A stretch of DNA of 64,000 bases, taken from sequence record SRR20825019_2087, one strand, 5' to 3'. The notes beneath the pieces are model-generated. The model worked only from the letters and a program-made list of their open reading frames with translations, searched no databases and had not been told where the DNA came from. The translations under genes and the position numbers were made by a program. How positions within the stretch are numbered: the stretch's first letter is position 1; every line of letters begins with the position of its first letter. Of the stretch, positions 18,979-29,434 are shown piece after piece.

Positions 18979-19075
18979 TGGATTAATTTTGGATCAAAAG
19001 TAAGAAGTTCGAGTGGCTTTTAATTGCTTTAGCAAAAGTTATTCTCACCTAATAAAATTCCATTAACTTAGTTAA

Positions 19076-19606
19076 ATGCAACGTCTGTGTGCCGCACTAC
19101 TCATTCTCCCTCTCTCTCCTTTACTTTTGCTAGTAATGATTTTGGTATGGATAATTGAATGGAAGCACCCCGTTTTTCTACAGGAAAGAATCGGCTACCA
19201 AAAAGAGCCTTTCACCATTTACAAGGTCCGTTCGATGAAAAATGGAAAGGTCACCTTGATAGGCAAAATATTGAGAAAAACAGGAATTGACGAGCTTCCT
19301 CAGCTCTTTAATATTGCTATGGGAGACATGAATTTCGTAGGTCCGCGTCCTTTAACATTTGCAGACATTGACCGTTTGGGGTGGACAACAAGTGCCTTTA
19401 ATAAGAGATGGTCTGTTAAACCTGGAATTACAGGACTTGCCCAGCTCGTAAACATCTGCGATGCGAATCTTTCTTGGCAGAATGATCAGGAATACATTGC
19501 ACATAGATCCGCTGGACTTGATTTAAAAATCATTTTCCGCTCCATTCTTGTGCCACTCATTGGAAAAACAACCGTTAAAAAAATCCTTAATAAATCCCAT
19601 CAATGA
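19076..19606 (+). CDS. Minimal monotopic phosphoglycosyl transferase (Bac_transf / PglC-like)
   Basis: F.QER.G, YK.RSM, LRKTGIDELPQLFN..GDM..VGPRP, KPGITGLAQ. Confidence 0.92.
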   Translation: MQRLCAALLILPLSPLLLLVMILVWIIEWKHPVFLQERIGYQKEPFTIYKVRSMKNGKVTLIGKILRKTGIDELPQLFNIAMGDMNFVGPRPLTFADIDRLGWTTSAFNKRWSVKPGITGLAQLVNICDANLSWQNDQEYIAHRSAGLDLKIIFRSILVPLIGKTTVKKILNKSHQ

Positions 19607-20619
19607 ATGTTCTCGTGAATGGCGTTGGCAACATAGGTTCAACGCTTCTTGCACTTTTGGCTCAATTTAAAGACGATCTTGAATTGGACACTATTTTCGC
19701 GTTAAAAAACACTCCAAAACCTTGGCACATTGAAGACCTCGCCTATTTCGCATCCTTGGGAATTAACGTATGTACTCGAAATAAAGAAGACGAATTCGTT
19801 TTTCTCGATGATATTATCGATCGTGTAGATTACATTTTTGACTGTACAGCGAACGGTGGCGGACTCAAAAACAAATCGTGGTACATTGACTTACCGAACT
19901 TAAAAGGAGCCTGTGCTCAGGGTAGTGAGAAGGATTTCGGGATCTCGTTTATGAGTGGAGTTAATGATGAAGCAGTTTTAAACAAGAAGTTCGTACACGT
20001 TGTCTCGTGTAACACGCATTCTTTAGCAAGTTTGTTAACGACATTTACCGGAAACAATCTCGAGAATCTGTTAGATGCAGACTTTGTTGTAGTGCGGCGA
20101 TCTGAAGACATTGGTAATCATCAGCGACTTGTGAGCGCGAACGTTGTAGCAAGACATTTGGACGATCAACTTGGGACACATCATTCTATCGATTTGCAGC
20201 ATCTTTTCGAAACAAAAGGAATTTTAGCTCGGGTCACTTCATCCGATATTACTACTCCAAGTCAGCTTATGCACGGAGTTCGATTCAATATTTCATTCAA
20301 GGAAAAGCAAACTGTTACGCAATTGGAGGACAGGATTTCTCAAAATTCCTTGATCTCCACCTCTACAAAATTTGATTCCAACGTAATCTTTGAACGCGGA
20401 AGAAGAATTGGCTTTCAAGGTCGAATTTTCTCCCATGCAATTGTGATTTCAAATAATTTATTGATCACACCGACATCAATTAAAGGTTGGGCATTCATTC
20501 CGCAAGAAGGAAACACATTACTTTCTACTATCCATGCTTTTCTGTTACAAACACGCCATCCAAAGAACAACGAACTCATGGAACAATTAAAAGCACAACT
20601 CGTATTAAAAACATGGTAA
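19603..20619 (+). CDS. Archaeal-type (class II) glyceraldehyde-3-phosphate dehydrogenase homologue
   Basis: VLVNGVGNIG Rossmann motif, QGSEK, VVSCNTH, VRR..D, THH..D, P.QLMH, PQEG. Confidence 0.75.
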   Translation: MNVLVNGVGNIGSTLLALLAQFKDDLELDTIFALKNTPKPWHIEDLAYFASLGINVCTRNKEDEFVFLDDIIDRVDYIFDCTANGGGLKNKSWYIDLPNLKGACAQGSEKDFGISFMSGVNDEAVLNKKFVHVVSCNTHSLASLLTTFTGNNLENLLDADFVVVRRSEDIGNHQRLVSANVVARHLDDQLGTHHSIDLQHLFETKGILARVTSSDITTPSQLMHGVRFNISFKEKQTVTQLEDRISQNSLISTSTKFDSNVIFERGRRIGFQGRIFSHAIVISNNLLITPTSIKGWAFIPQEGNTLLSTIHAFLLQTRHPKNNELMEQLKAQLVLKTW

Positions 20620-20644
20620 ATTACACTCCATAAACCCAACTCCC

Positions 20645-21835
20645 ATGAATTTATTTAAACCAGACACTAGCTTCACTAATGACTTCTACGAAATAGGACG
20701 TTTTACTCTCGTTTGGCGCTTATGTATTATTTTCACGGTTGTTTTTTTGCTACTCGCTGCGTTATTTTTTCAAATTGATTCAATAACATGCGCCATTTAC
20801 TCTTTTGTAGGTTGTTTGGCATTATTTTCTTTGATACATCTGAATAAATACAAAAAATGGAGACCTGTATTTTGGATTATCACAGTTAGTGCAACGATAC
20901 TCGTCGGTCTTTCATTAAATCTCACACGCGATACCATTCACTACACGGAAGTACTTTGGATGATGTCCATTGTTCTCTTCGCATACATAGGACTTACTCC
21001 TAAAATTGCCATGGGTTTTGCCATCGCTAATACACTGTCTGTTAGTTACTATGTCATTTTCAACCTCAATATCTACCTCACCCAAATAACTCCAATAGGT
21101 CCACTGGGTATTATCGCTATTTGTGTTGAAATCATTTTTGTCTTTTTTATTATCACATATCTAATTCAACAGAATATTAAGTTCCAGAATTTTTCTCAGG
21201 AAGAACTAAAGAAAAGTAATCTGAAACTTGAAGCTCAGAACAAAGAGAATGTTCTCTTACTGAAAGAAGTTCATCATAGGGTAAAAAACAATCTACAAAT
21301 TGTTGTAAGCCTGCTGAGAATTCAGGGCAGCGACATCTCTTCAACGGAAGCACAATCTCATTTCAACGACGCGATTAATCGAATCATGACGATTTCGCTA
21401 ATTCATCAGAAGCTCTATGAACTCGGAGAACTTTCAACGATTGAATTCAAAGAATACATTAAAGACCTTGTAACCGAGATTAAATCGTTGCATGTATGTT
21501 TAAAACCTATTGAGAAAGTTTTCTTTATTAATGTAGACGGTCTGGATTTAAAATCGGTTGTACCCATTGGATTAATTCTTAATGAGTTGATTACGAATTC
21601 AATCAAGCATGCATTTGATACTACTGAGCAACCTAAAATCAATATTGAACTCTACAATGCAACGGACGATAAAGCCGTGCTTTTGTATTCGGATAACGGA
21701 ACTTGGAAAGATTCGAAAAAGCTTGGTTTCGGTAGCGAGTTAATTCAAACGCTAGCGGATCAAATCGATGGAAAGCTAACACGAGAAAAGTCGGTTTACA
21801 TTATTCTTTTTCCAAAGCAAACAAAGGGCCAATAA
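20645..21835 (+). CDS. Membrane sensor histidine kinase (HisKA_2 type), no adjacent response regulator
   Basis: About 6 TM, KEVHHRVKNNLQ, NELITNS.KHAF, DNG, GFG. Confidence 0.9.
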   Translation: MNLFKPDTSFTNDFYEIGRFTLVWRLCIIFTVVFLLLAALFFQIDSITCAIYSFVGCLALFSLIHLNKYKKWRPVFWIITVSATILVGLSLNLTRDTIHYTEVLWMMSIVLFAYIGLTPKIAMGFAIANTLSVSYYVIFNLNIYLTQITPIGPLGIIAICVEIIFVFFIITYLIQQNIKFQNFSQEELKKSNLKLEAQNKENVLLLKEVHHRVKNNLQIVVSLLRIQGSDISSTEAQSHFNDAINRIMTISLIHQKLYELGELSTIEFKEYIKDLVTEIKSLHVCLKPIEKVFFINVDGLDLKSVVPIGLILNELITNSIKHAFDTTEQPKINIELYNATDDKAVLLYSDNGTWKDSKKLGFGSELIQTLADQIDGKLTREKSVYIILFPKQTKGQ

Positions 21836-21865
21836 AAAAACCAGCCTTCAAAGAAAACTGGTTTT
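21835..21865. terminator. Probable bidirectional terminator
   Basis: AAAACCAG...CTGGTTTT between convergent genes. Confidence 0.6.
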
Positions 21866-21886
21866 AATTATTTGTTTCGCCTCCGC

Positions 21887-23146
21887 TTAAACAAGCATGG
21901 AAACAGGATTCTCTAAAAATTCTGTCAATGTTTTAAGAAACGCTGATCCTACCGCTCCGTCCACCACTCGGTGATCGCAAGAAAGGCTCAGTTTCATAAC
22001 ATTTCCTGGAACAATTTGTCCATTCTTTATTACTGGAGTCTCTTTAATTTTTCCAACAGAAAGAATTGCACCATTTGGAGGATTGATAATTGAAGTAAAA
22101 TCTTCAATTCCATACATTCCTAAATTAGAAACAGCAAACGTTCCACCTTGCATTTCTTCTGGCTTCAATTTTTTATCTCTTGCTCTAGCTGCCAAATCTT
22201 TGATCTCTTCGCCAATTTGAGCAATTCCTTTATTATCGGTAAACTTCACAACAGGAACTACCAAGCCTTCATCCACAGCAACTGCCACGCCCACGTGAAT
22301 GTGGTCATAGTAGCGAATAGTATCTTCCATCCAACTAGCATTCACTTTAGGATGTTTTCTTAGTGCTGCTGCAACTGCTTTAATGATTAGATCATTGAAC
22401 GAGATCTTAACATCTCCTGCATTAATTGCCTTACGAGCAGCAATTGCATTGTCCATATCTACCTCCATTTTTAGGTAGAAGTGCGGCGCAGAAAATTTAG
22501 ATGATGTAAGTGTTCGAGCGATCGCTTTTCTCATCTGCGAGACAGTCTCTTCAGAATAAGACTCCGTTCCTACTGCCGCAGCAAACGTTTTTGGAGTTGC
22601 TGCTCCCGCTGCATAAGGTTGATAATGATCGATGTCCTTTTTAACAACACGTCCGCCTTCTCCCGTACCAATTACATTTGAAATGTCAATTCCTTTCTCG
22701 CTAGCAATTTTCTTAGCCAATGGAGAAGCATATATTCTTCCATTCGCGTCCGAAACAGGTGCACTTGTAGAAGCTACTGCAGTTTCCTTTACCTCAACAG
22801 GAGCAGCTGCTTTTGCAACAGGCTCTGGAGTTGGTTCAACTGCTTTTTTCTCTTCTTTAGCTGGTTCAGGACTTTCGGCAGAAGCCAAAATCTTCGATAC
22901 GTCTTCTCCTTTTTCTCCAATTACTGCCAAAATCGCATTAACAGGAGCTGTTTTTCCTTTTTCAACGCCAATGTGAAGCAATACACCATCATAAAAAGAT
23001 TCGAACTCCATTGTTGCTTTATCCGTTTCGATTTCCGCTAACAATTCTCCCGAAGCTACTGTATCTCCTACTTTTTTGCTCCATTCTGCCACAACTCCTT
23101 CTGTCATTGTGTCGCTCAGCTTGGGCATATAAATAATCTCAGCCAT
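21887..23146 (-). CDS. pdhC: Pyruvate dehydrogenase E2, dihydrolipoamide acetyltransferase
   Basis: MPKLSDTMTEG, lipoyl ETDKA, ASPLAKK E3-binding domain, DHRVVDG. Confidence 0.95.
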   Translation of the reverse strand: MAEIIYMPKLSDTMTEGVVAEWSKKVGDTVASGELLAEIETDKATMEFESFYDGVLLHIGVEKGKTAPVNAILAVIGEKGEDVSKILASAESPEPAKEEKKAVEPTPEPVAKAAAPVEVKETAVASTSAPVSDANGRIYASPLAKKIASEKGIDISNVIGTGEGGRVVKKDIDHYQPYAAGAATPKTFAAAVGTESYSEETVSQMRKAIARTLTSSKFSAPHFYLKMEVDMDNAIAARKAINAGDVKISFNDLIIKAVAAALRKHPKVNASWMEDTIRYYDHIHVGVAVAVDEGLVVPVVKFTDNKGIAQIGEEIKDLAARARDKKLKPEEMQGGTFAVSNLGMYGIEDFTSIINPPNGAILSVGKIKETPVIKNGQIVPGNVMKLSLSCDHRVVDGAVGSAFLKTLTEFLENPVSMLV

Positions 23147-23163
23147 CTTTTGTAATTTCTTAT

Positions 23164-24216
23164 TTAGTATTCAATGATGTATGGATAATTCTGATCCATA
23201 TAAACATCTTCGTATAATTCCTTTCCTTCTGGATAAGGTGAATTTTCCGCAAACTCAACAGATTCTGCAACTTCTTTCTTTACCCAGTCATTGATTTCAG
23301 TGATTCCTTTTTCTGTGAGCCACTTATTCTTTTGGATAACATTTAAACAGTGCTCAATTGGATCTTGCTCCATCCATTCCGAAACTTCTTCTTTCGTTCT
23401 GTATTTCTGCGGATCAGACATTGAGTGTCCTTTGTATCTGTAAGTTCTAATATCAAGTAATGTTGGTCCATCACCTTTACGAGCGCGGTCTGCAGCTTCT
23501 TCGATTGCTTCGTGCACAGCTTCAGGTGACATTCCGTTTACTGCTTTCGAAGGCATTTCATACGAAAGTCCAATTTTCGATAGATCAGTTACGTTAGTCG
23601 TTCGCTCTACTGAAGTTCCCATCGCATAATTGTTGTTCTCAATGATAAAAATCACTGGAAGCTTCCAATTCATTGCCATATTGAACGTTTCATGCAACGC
23701 ACCTTGACGAACTGCTCCGTCTCCCATGGAAACAAACACAACGTTCTTCGTATCGTTATACTTTTCAGCAAAAGCAATTCCTGTACCCATTGGAATTTGA
23801 GCACCAACAATTCCGTGACCTCCCATGAAGTTCACATTTTTGTCGAAAAAGTGCATCGAACCACCTTTACCTTTCGAACAGCCTGTCGTTCTTCCGTACA
23901 ATTCAGCCATGAGGATCCGAGGATCAGTTCCAAGTGCAATAGGGTGAGCGTGGTCTCGATATGCCGTCATGTGCTTATCACCTTTCTCACATCCACTTGC
24001 GGTTCCCGCTACAATGGCTTCCTGTCCAATATAAAGGTGGCAAAAACCGCCAAACTTCTGTTGAATATACAATTGACCTGCCTTTTCTTCGAATCTACGA
24101 ATCAATAGCATATCACGGTACCACTTGATGTACGTTTCCTTAGTAAACTTTGGTTTACCTCCTGATTTCGATTTAGTTGTCGCAACCGTAGGTTTTTTTG
24201 GGTCTTTCACCGCCAT
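23164..24216 (-). CDS. pdhA: Pyruvate dehydrogenase E1 alpha
   Basis: GFCHLYIGQEA, GKGGSMH, GDGA...NN TPP motif, YRYKGHSMSDP; start likely 24216 (ORF open to 24243). Confidence 0.96.
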   Translation of the reverse strand: MAVKDPKKPTVATTKSKSGGKPKFTKETYIKWYRDMLLIRRFEEKAGQLYIQQKFGGFCHLYIGQEAIVAGTASGCEKGDKHMTAYRDHAHPIALGTDPRILMAELYGRTTGCSKGKGGSMHFFDKNVNFMGGHGIVGAQIPMGTGIAFAEKYNDTKNVVFVSMGDGAVRQGALHETFNMAMNWKLPVIFIIENNNYAMGTSVERTTNVTDLSKIGLSYEMPSKAVNGMSPEAVHEAIEEAADRARKGDGPTLLDIRTYRYKGHSMSDPQKYRTKEEVSEWMEQDPIEHCLNVIQKNKWLTEKGITEINDWVKKEVAESVEFAENSPYPEGKELYEDVYMDQNYPYIIEY

Positions 24217-24360
24217 TTCGTTCTTCTTAATAATGGATGACAAATATATAAAATTCTCAATGGAACGAATCGGATATAATTCGAAAAGAACAGCTCTTAA
24301 ATCCGCTACGCTTCCAAGAATACTCCAATTGTTCTATTTCTAGTTTCAATTCTTCTCGAA

Positions 24361-25185
24361 TTACTCGATTTTTCTTTTGAGAAGAGGTTTAATTTCCCTT
24401 ATGGGAATTTCAAACTCAATAATTCCCGCAGAGTATGGAGCAATCTCATATTGATTGTAGAAGAATTGAATCGAATCTCCTTCAAATGAGAAATTTTCGT
24501 TTAAATGGAATTCCCCGTTTTCAAACCAAAATCCAGCTTCTGTCAAATCATCGTTCACCGCAATATCCTGAGACATTCGAAAGTACGCCTCTCCTATTTT
24601 CGTGAGAATCTCCACATTTGAAAAAAAGTCCGATAAGGTTAACAACTGCCCTGTTTTTCGGTCAATTAAGTTTACTCGTGAGAACCCATTTCCGTGCGCT
24701 CCACCAGTGTATGACCAAGTTCCAAGAGACAGTTTAATAAATTCAGCTTTAGATTCATCTATGCTCGTTCCTATTTCCAAATTCCAAATGGGCGGATCAT
24801 ATTCGCTCTCATATTCTACAATCTCGGATTCATACATGCTCGCAAACGAATCGAGTTGATTCACCACAAAACTTCTAGAAATTGGCTGAAGAATTTCAGT
24901 GCTCGAGGAAGTCGTATTTCCTATTATGAAGCGTTGGACTCGAAGATTTATCGAATCCTTAAACAAGCTATCGGCTTTCGAATAAAAGCTATAATTGATC
25001 GTACTTTCTAGCGAATCCGATTTACTCATTGTGAACAAGGTTTTAACAATCGTGCCTTCTTCAATTCTATTATTGACAAGTTCTACCGTTGGGTATTTAA
25101 CACCACAAGAAGTAACTCCAAGGCTTAGTAAAAAACCCAGCACTGCTACTAACCTCTTCGTTTTCAACTGATTCATTCTGAACAT
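24361..25185 (-). CDS. DUF3298/DUF4163 (RsiV/PdaC-like) lipoprotein
   Basis: Lipobox VTSC, YTGGAHG, YNQYEIAPY..G. Confidence 0.85.
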   Translation of the reverse strand: MFRMNQLKTKRLVAVLGFLLSLGVTSCGVKYPTVELVNNRIEEGTIVKTLFTMSKSDSLESTINYSFYSKADSLFKDSINLRVQRFIIGNTTSSSTEILQPISRSFVVNQLDSFASMYESEIVEYESEYDPPIWNLEIGTSIDESKAEFIKLSLGTWSYTGGAHGNGFSRVNLIDRKTGQLLTLSDFFSNVEILTKIGEAYFRMSQDIAVNDDLTEAGFWFENGEFHLNENFSFEGDSIQFFYNQYEIAPYSAGIIEFEIPIREIKPLLKRKIE

Positions 25186-25661
25186 TATTCTGTGATGCCA
25201 AATGCTAATGGAAGTAAATCAGCTGCGGATTCGAATACAATGCACACGCCATTTTGACTGACCAAAATAATCCGATAGCTCTTTTTCTGTCTCACTTCGG
25301 TTTCGAGCATTACTTGACGGCAAGCTCCACAAGGAGATAAAATTTTATCGAATGGAAGTAAGTCTCCATGCGCCACAACGCATAACGTTTCTATGTTTTC
25401 ATTTGGAAAATTAGCCCCCGCATAGAAAAGTGCAACACGCTCGGCACAAAGTCCAGAAGGATATGCGATGTTCTCTTGATTACTGCCCGTAATGATTGTT
25501 CCATTTGCAAGAAGCGCGGAAGCTCCTACATGAAATTTACTATACGGCGCATAGGCTGATTGAGAAACAGTTTGTGCCTTTACTACCAATTCCTGTTCAT
25601 CGGAGGAAAGTTCTTTCCAATGTTCAAAACGAGAAAATTGAATGGTGATTTCTTGCTTCAT
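25185..25661 (-). CDS. cdd: Cytidine deaminase
   Basis: AYAPYSKFHVGA, NQEN.AYP.GLCAER, PCGACRQ; start M7 at 25661. Confidence 0.93.
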   Translation of the reverse strand: MKQEITIQFSRFEHWKELSSDEQELVVKAQTVSQSAYAPYSKFHVGASALLANGTIITGSNQENIAYPSGLCAERVALFYAGANFPNENIETLCVVAHGDLLPFDKILSPCGACRQVMLETEVRQKKSYRIILVSQNGVCIVFESAADLLPLAFGITE

Positions 25662-25662
25662 A

Positions 25663-27255
25663 TTATTTATTAATTCCAATCACAAAGGCGACGGCCTCTG
25701 AAGATTTAGCAGAAGTTGAAAACGAAACGGTATTTGAACCTGAAAATTGTACATCGTTTGTCAACATACTTCCTAATGCGTTCTTCACTTTTGCTTCATA
25801 GTTTTCTCCTCTAGCGGAAGTTATTTTCTTACTTATTGCGTTATAATCAATCGGTTTTTTGGTGATCAAAATAGCAATCTTATCTTTTGTACCGATGTCG
25901 TCTGGTTCCATCGATGTATCTCTTGGAAACAAACGCGTACCTGTAATTCCACAATAGGGTGAATGTTTCGCGGTATATGGAAACAGCACATAACTGGTTC
26001 CGTCTTTCTCTTCGCCAAAAATGTAGGTGTAGCATTCAACATTGTTTGTTAACTCGACTTTAAAACGGTCTCCTTTTTTCAATTTCCCAACAGATTCGAA
26101 GTACATATCTCCTGCTTTCTTCAATGCGATGGTTTTCTTTCCTGCATTCAGCTCTAATCCGAAATCTCCTTTAAAAATCGATTGTTCTTTTTGGTTGGCA
26201 TTTCCCATTGGATAAAGTCCATACGACTCTACGTTGAAATCTTTGAAATCCGAGTAGCGAATCCAGAAAATCCCTTTCTTTCCCCAATCTTCTCCCCAAC
26301 TGTTCATGATTTGAAAGGCTCCTTCCCCATCAATCTTGTAATCGTCGTAGCCAATGATGCACATTGCGTGACCACCAAATCCACCTTTACTGTAATCCGA
26401 TCGGGTTGGAATCCACGTTTCTTTGCCCATCATATTTTGCATGAAAGAGCCACCAACCATCATTCCAATAATCACTGGCGATCCTTTTGATAAATTCTGT
26501 TTGATCGCGAGCATTTCCGTCATTCTAGACTGACCTTCAGACGTTAAACGCTGAAATCCTTTGATTTTATATGCTTCGGCTCTCGCTTTCAGTTGATTTC
26601 CAGGATCTCTATTGCAATCTGTTTGATCATATTTAAAATCATCGAAAGGAACGGCACCGATGTTCATCATATTATCCATCGCCAATTTTATGTAAGATCC
26701 CTGACACGTTTTGTGGTCCAAGCTGATTTGGTTATACATAAACGATGGACTAAAACGCACCGAATTTGGGTTCTTGCCTGTTCTTTGTGCTTCCAAAATA
26801 GTTCTAGCGGCGTAAGCACTAGCCCAAGCGACACATGAACCCTGTTGACCTTGGTTCAGCCGAGTTGGAATGTATTTCTCCAAAGAAAATCTTTCAGGAA
26901 GGGGATTTCTTACGTTATCGGCAAGCGGCTCATAAATTTCCGTTTGCTCATACACTTCCTTATTCAACTCACCACCACGGAAAAAATTGGAGATTCCACC
27001 TTCTTGAGAAGACACGAGGCCCGAGCAACTTTTTCCAAAAACGAAATAAAGTACCACTGCAACCGCTGCAAGAATTAATAAAAGCTTTGGTTTCTTCAAT
27101 AACATTGGAAGCAACGCACCTACAATATTCCCTATTCCTCCTCCAAGATTCCCGCCACCTCTGCCACTCATAGAACCTTGATTAGAGCTCGGTCTACTCG
27201 CTTTTTTCCTTCTGTTATTCCCTTGAGGATCATCCTCGGTCATTCGAATAGGCAT
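25663..27255 (-). CDS. Membrane-anchored C1 (papain-family) cysteine peptidase with a C-terminal DUF4384-like domain
   Basis: QGQQGSCVAW, GGHAMCIIGYDD, MNSWG..WG; N-terminal Gly-rich region and TM. Confidence 0.88.
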   Translation of the reverse strand: MPIRMTEDDPQGNNRRKKASRPSSNQGSMSGRGGGNLGGGIGNIVGALLPMLLKKPKLLLILAAVAVVLYFVFGKSCSGLVSSQEGGISNFFRGGELNKEVYEQTEIYEPLADNVRNPLPERFSLEKYIPTRLNQGQQGSCVAWASAYAARTILEAQRTGKNPNSVRFSPSFMYNQISLDHKTCQGSYIKLAMDNMMNIGAVPFDDFKYDQTDCNRDPGNQLKARAEAYKIKGFQRLTSEGQSRMTEMLAIKQNLSKGSPVIIGMMVGGSFMQNMMGKETWIPTRSDYSKGGFGGHAMCIIGYDDYKIDGEGAFQIMNSWGEDWGKKGIFWIRYSDFKDFNVESYGLYPMGNANQKEQSIFKGDFGLELNAGKKTIALKKAGDMYFESVGKLKKGDRFKVELTNNVECYTYIFGEEKDGTSYVLFPYTAKHSPYCGITGTRLFPRDTSMEPDDIGTKDKIAILITKKPIDYNAISKKITSARGENYEAKVKNALGSMLTNDVQFSGSNTVSFSTSAKSSEAVAFVIGINK

Positions 27256-27355
27256 AGTCTTGATTTTGTTTTCAGCTCAAAGAAATGAATTTTAATCCTG
27301 AATGTCAATATACTTGCAAGGAATGGACAATCTGAGTAGTTTTGCAGTCTGCATT

Positions 27356-28672
27356 ATGAATCAATATAAAAAAGTTGCTTTTTACACGCTTGGCTGCAAG
27401 CTGAACTTCTCGGAGACGTCGACGATTGCGCGTTCTTTCGAAGAGGGAGGTTATGCTAAAGTGGAATTTGACGATACACCAGATGTATTTGTCATCAACA
27501 CATGTTCCGTTACAGAAAACGCGGACAAAAAGTGTAAACAGCTTGTTAAAAAAGCCGCAGCGGTTAATCCAGAAGGTTTTGTGGCGATTATTGGTTGTTA
27601 TGCTCAACTCAAACCCGAAGCTATCGCTGCAATTCCCGGAGTAGATATTGTTCTCGGAGCAAATGATAAATTCAACTTGGTTGAGCACATTGAACAATTG
27701 GAAAAATCAGCAGATGTTGTTATTAAGAATGAGCACATTAAGCTGACGAATGAATTTGTTCCTGCCTTTTCTATCGGAGATCGTACCCGTTCCTTTTTGA
27801 AAATTCAAGACGGATGCGACTATTTCTGTACCTTCTGCACCATTCCTTTGGCCAGAGGTAAAAGTAGAAACGCAACAATTGCAGAAACGCTTCTCGAAGC
27901 GCAAAAAATTGCCAAAACGGAAATTAAGGAAGTTGTACTCACTGGAGTAAACATTGGCGATTTTGGTCAAGGAGGTGATGAAAACTTCTTTTCATTGGTC
28001 AAAGAACTCGATACCATTGAAGGAATCGATCGTTTCAGAATTTCTTCGATTGAGCCCAATTTGCTTTCAGATGAAATTATTGATTTCACGCTTTCAAAAT
28101 CGAAGCGATTTGTACCACACTTTCACATTCCGTTGCAATCTGGAAGCGATCGTTTATTGAAAGCCATGCGACGTAAATACGAGCGATCGTTGTTTGCAGA
28201 TCGTGTAACCCAGATAAAATCATTGAATCCAGACACTTGCATTGGAGTAGATGTGATTGTTGGTTTCCCTGGTGAGACAAATGAAGAATTCTTGGAAACA
28301 GTTGATTTCTTAAAAGATCTTGATATTTCTTATTTGCACGTGTTTACCTATTCGGAGCGCGCGAATACAACCGCGATAAAGTTGGGAGATCCGATTCCAA
28401 TGAACATCCGAAAAGAACGAAGCAAGCAATTGCATATTCTTTCCGATAAGAAAAAGCGTCAATTCTACGAAAACGCAATTGGAAAAACAGGAACCGTTCT
28501 TCTTGAAGGAGAAAATAATAACGGTTGGATGTATGGCTTCACCGAGAATTATGTGAAAGTAAAAGTTCCTTACGACGAGCAACTCACGAACACTTTTCAG
28601 TATGTTTTCTTAAAACAAATTGATCACGAAGGAATGATGTTGTGCGATGTTATTGTTCCTGCGGGAGTTTAA
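27356..28672 (+). CDS. mtaB: tRNA t6A37 methylthiotransferase (radical SAM)
   Basis: TLGCKLNFSET, NTCSVT, GCYAQ, CDYFCTFC; TAGTTTTG promoter supports start 27356. Confidence 0.93.
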   Translation: MNQYKKVAFYTLGCKLNFSETSTIARSFEEGGYAKVEFDDTPDVFVINTCSVTENADKKCKQLVKKAAAVNPEGFVAIIGCYAQLKPEAIAAIPGVDIVLGANDKFNLVEHIEQLEKSADVVIKNEHIKLTNEFVPAFSIGDRTRSFLKIQDGCDYFCTFCTIPLARGKSRNATIAETLLEAQKIAKTEIKEVVLTGVNIGDFGQGGDENFFSLVKELDTIEGIDRFRISSIEPNLLSDEIIDFTLSKSKRFVPHFHIPLQSGSDRLLKAMRRKYERSLFADRVTQIKSLNPDTCIGVDVIVGFPGETNEEFLETVDFLKDLDISYLHVFTYSERANTTAIKLGDPIPMNIRKERSKQLHILSDKKKRQFYENAIGKTGTVLLEGENNNGWMYGFTENYVKVKVPYDEQLTNTFQYVFLKQIDHEGMMLCDVIVPAGV

Positions 28673-29327
28673 TCCCCCGTGTCATTTCGCGTTTTCCGGG
28701 AGGTCCTGGCAATGCTTCAATCTTCATTCCTAGAGATTTCAAATCGCGCTTGAATTGTCCCATTGCGCAATACGAAACCAAGCACCCTCCTATTTTCAGT
28801 GAATTCACCATTTTCTCGAGGACTGATCTTTCCCACATTTCGGCTTGAGCCTTGGGTCCAAAGGCATCGAAATAAATGAGATCGAAATTATTGACCTCTA
28901 GTTCCAGATTTTGAATCTTTTGTGCGATTTTAGTTAAGTGAAAATCCTCTGAAATCTCTGTTTTCTTTTCCCAATCAGCTTCATGCATCTTAGCGAACGA
29001 AATTCGATATTCTTCGCCTAGTTCATCGAGATAATTTAGCTGCTCAATCAACTCTTTCTCGACAGGAAACGCTTCAATTCCTGTGTAGTCAACTTTCTTT
29101 TTTTGGTGAATTAAAGTGAGGAGGGCATTGAGTCCAGTTCCGAAACCCAACTCAAGAATTTTAATTGAATCATGTATGGTTTCACTTTCCCAAAAATCCA
29201 AGCCATGTTTAATGAAAACGTGCTTCGCTTCTTGAATTGCGCCGTGTGTTGAATGATAGTTTTCATCCATTTCTGGAATATAAATCGTGCTTGAACCATC
29301 CTCCGTAACTCTCACTTCTCGTTTCAT
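28650..29327 (-). CDS. mnmD: tRNA (mnm5s2U34) methyltransferase, stand-alone MnmC N-terminal type
   Basis: T.DGS.T, YHS.HGA.QE..HVF, LE.GFGTGLN, YFDAF.P, PGPPGKREM. Confidence 0.9.
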   Translation of the reverse strand: MKREVRVTEDGSSTIYIPEMDENYHSTHGAIQEAKHVFIKHGLDFWESETIHDSIKILELGFGTGLNALLTLIHQKKKVDYTGIEAFPVEKELIEQLNYLDELGEEYRISFAKMHEADWEKKTEISEDFHLTKIAQKIQNLELEVNNFDLIYFDAFGPKAQAEMWERSVLEKMVNSLKIGGCLVSYCAMGQFKRDLKSLGMKIEALPGPPGKREMTRGIKLPQEQ

Positions 29328-29331
29328 GGAT

Positions 29332-29429
29332 CAAAAGTAGTTAACAATTGTTCAAAACTTACCTTAACATCTTTTTCATAAAGACCCTTTCTTTTTAAAG
29401 TTGATAATGGAAATCTATCTGTATCTTTG
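29332..29429. promoter_or_regulatory. Divergent -7 promoters for mnmD and dnaB
   Basis: TACTTTTG (minus, 29339-29332) and TATCTTTG (plus, 29422-29429), 4 and 5 nt from the respective ATGs. Confidence 0.65.
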
Positions 29430-29434
29430 AAATC

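Noticed and set aside
21887-24216. pdhA-pdhC without pdhB; also gyrB without gyrA and a lone trpG
   Set aside because: Split operons are ordinary in Bacteroidota
28650-28672. Convergent overlap of mtaB and mnmD
   Set aside because: Short 3' overlaps are common in compact genomes, with no evidence of a regulatory role
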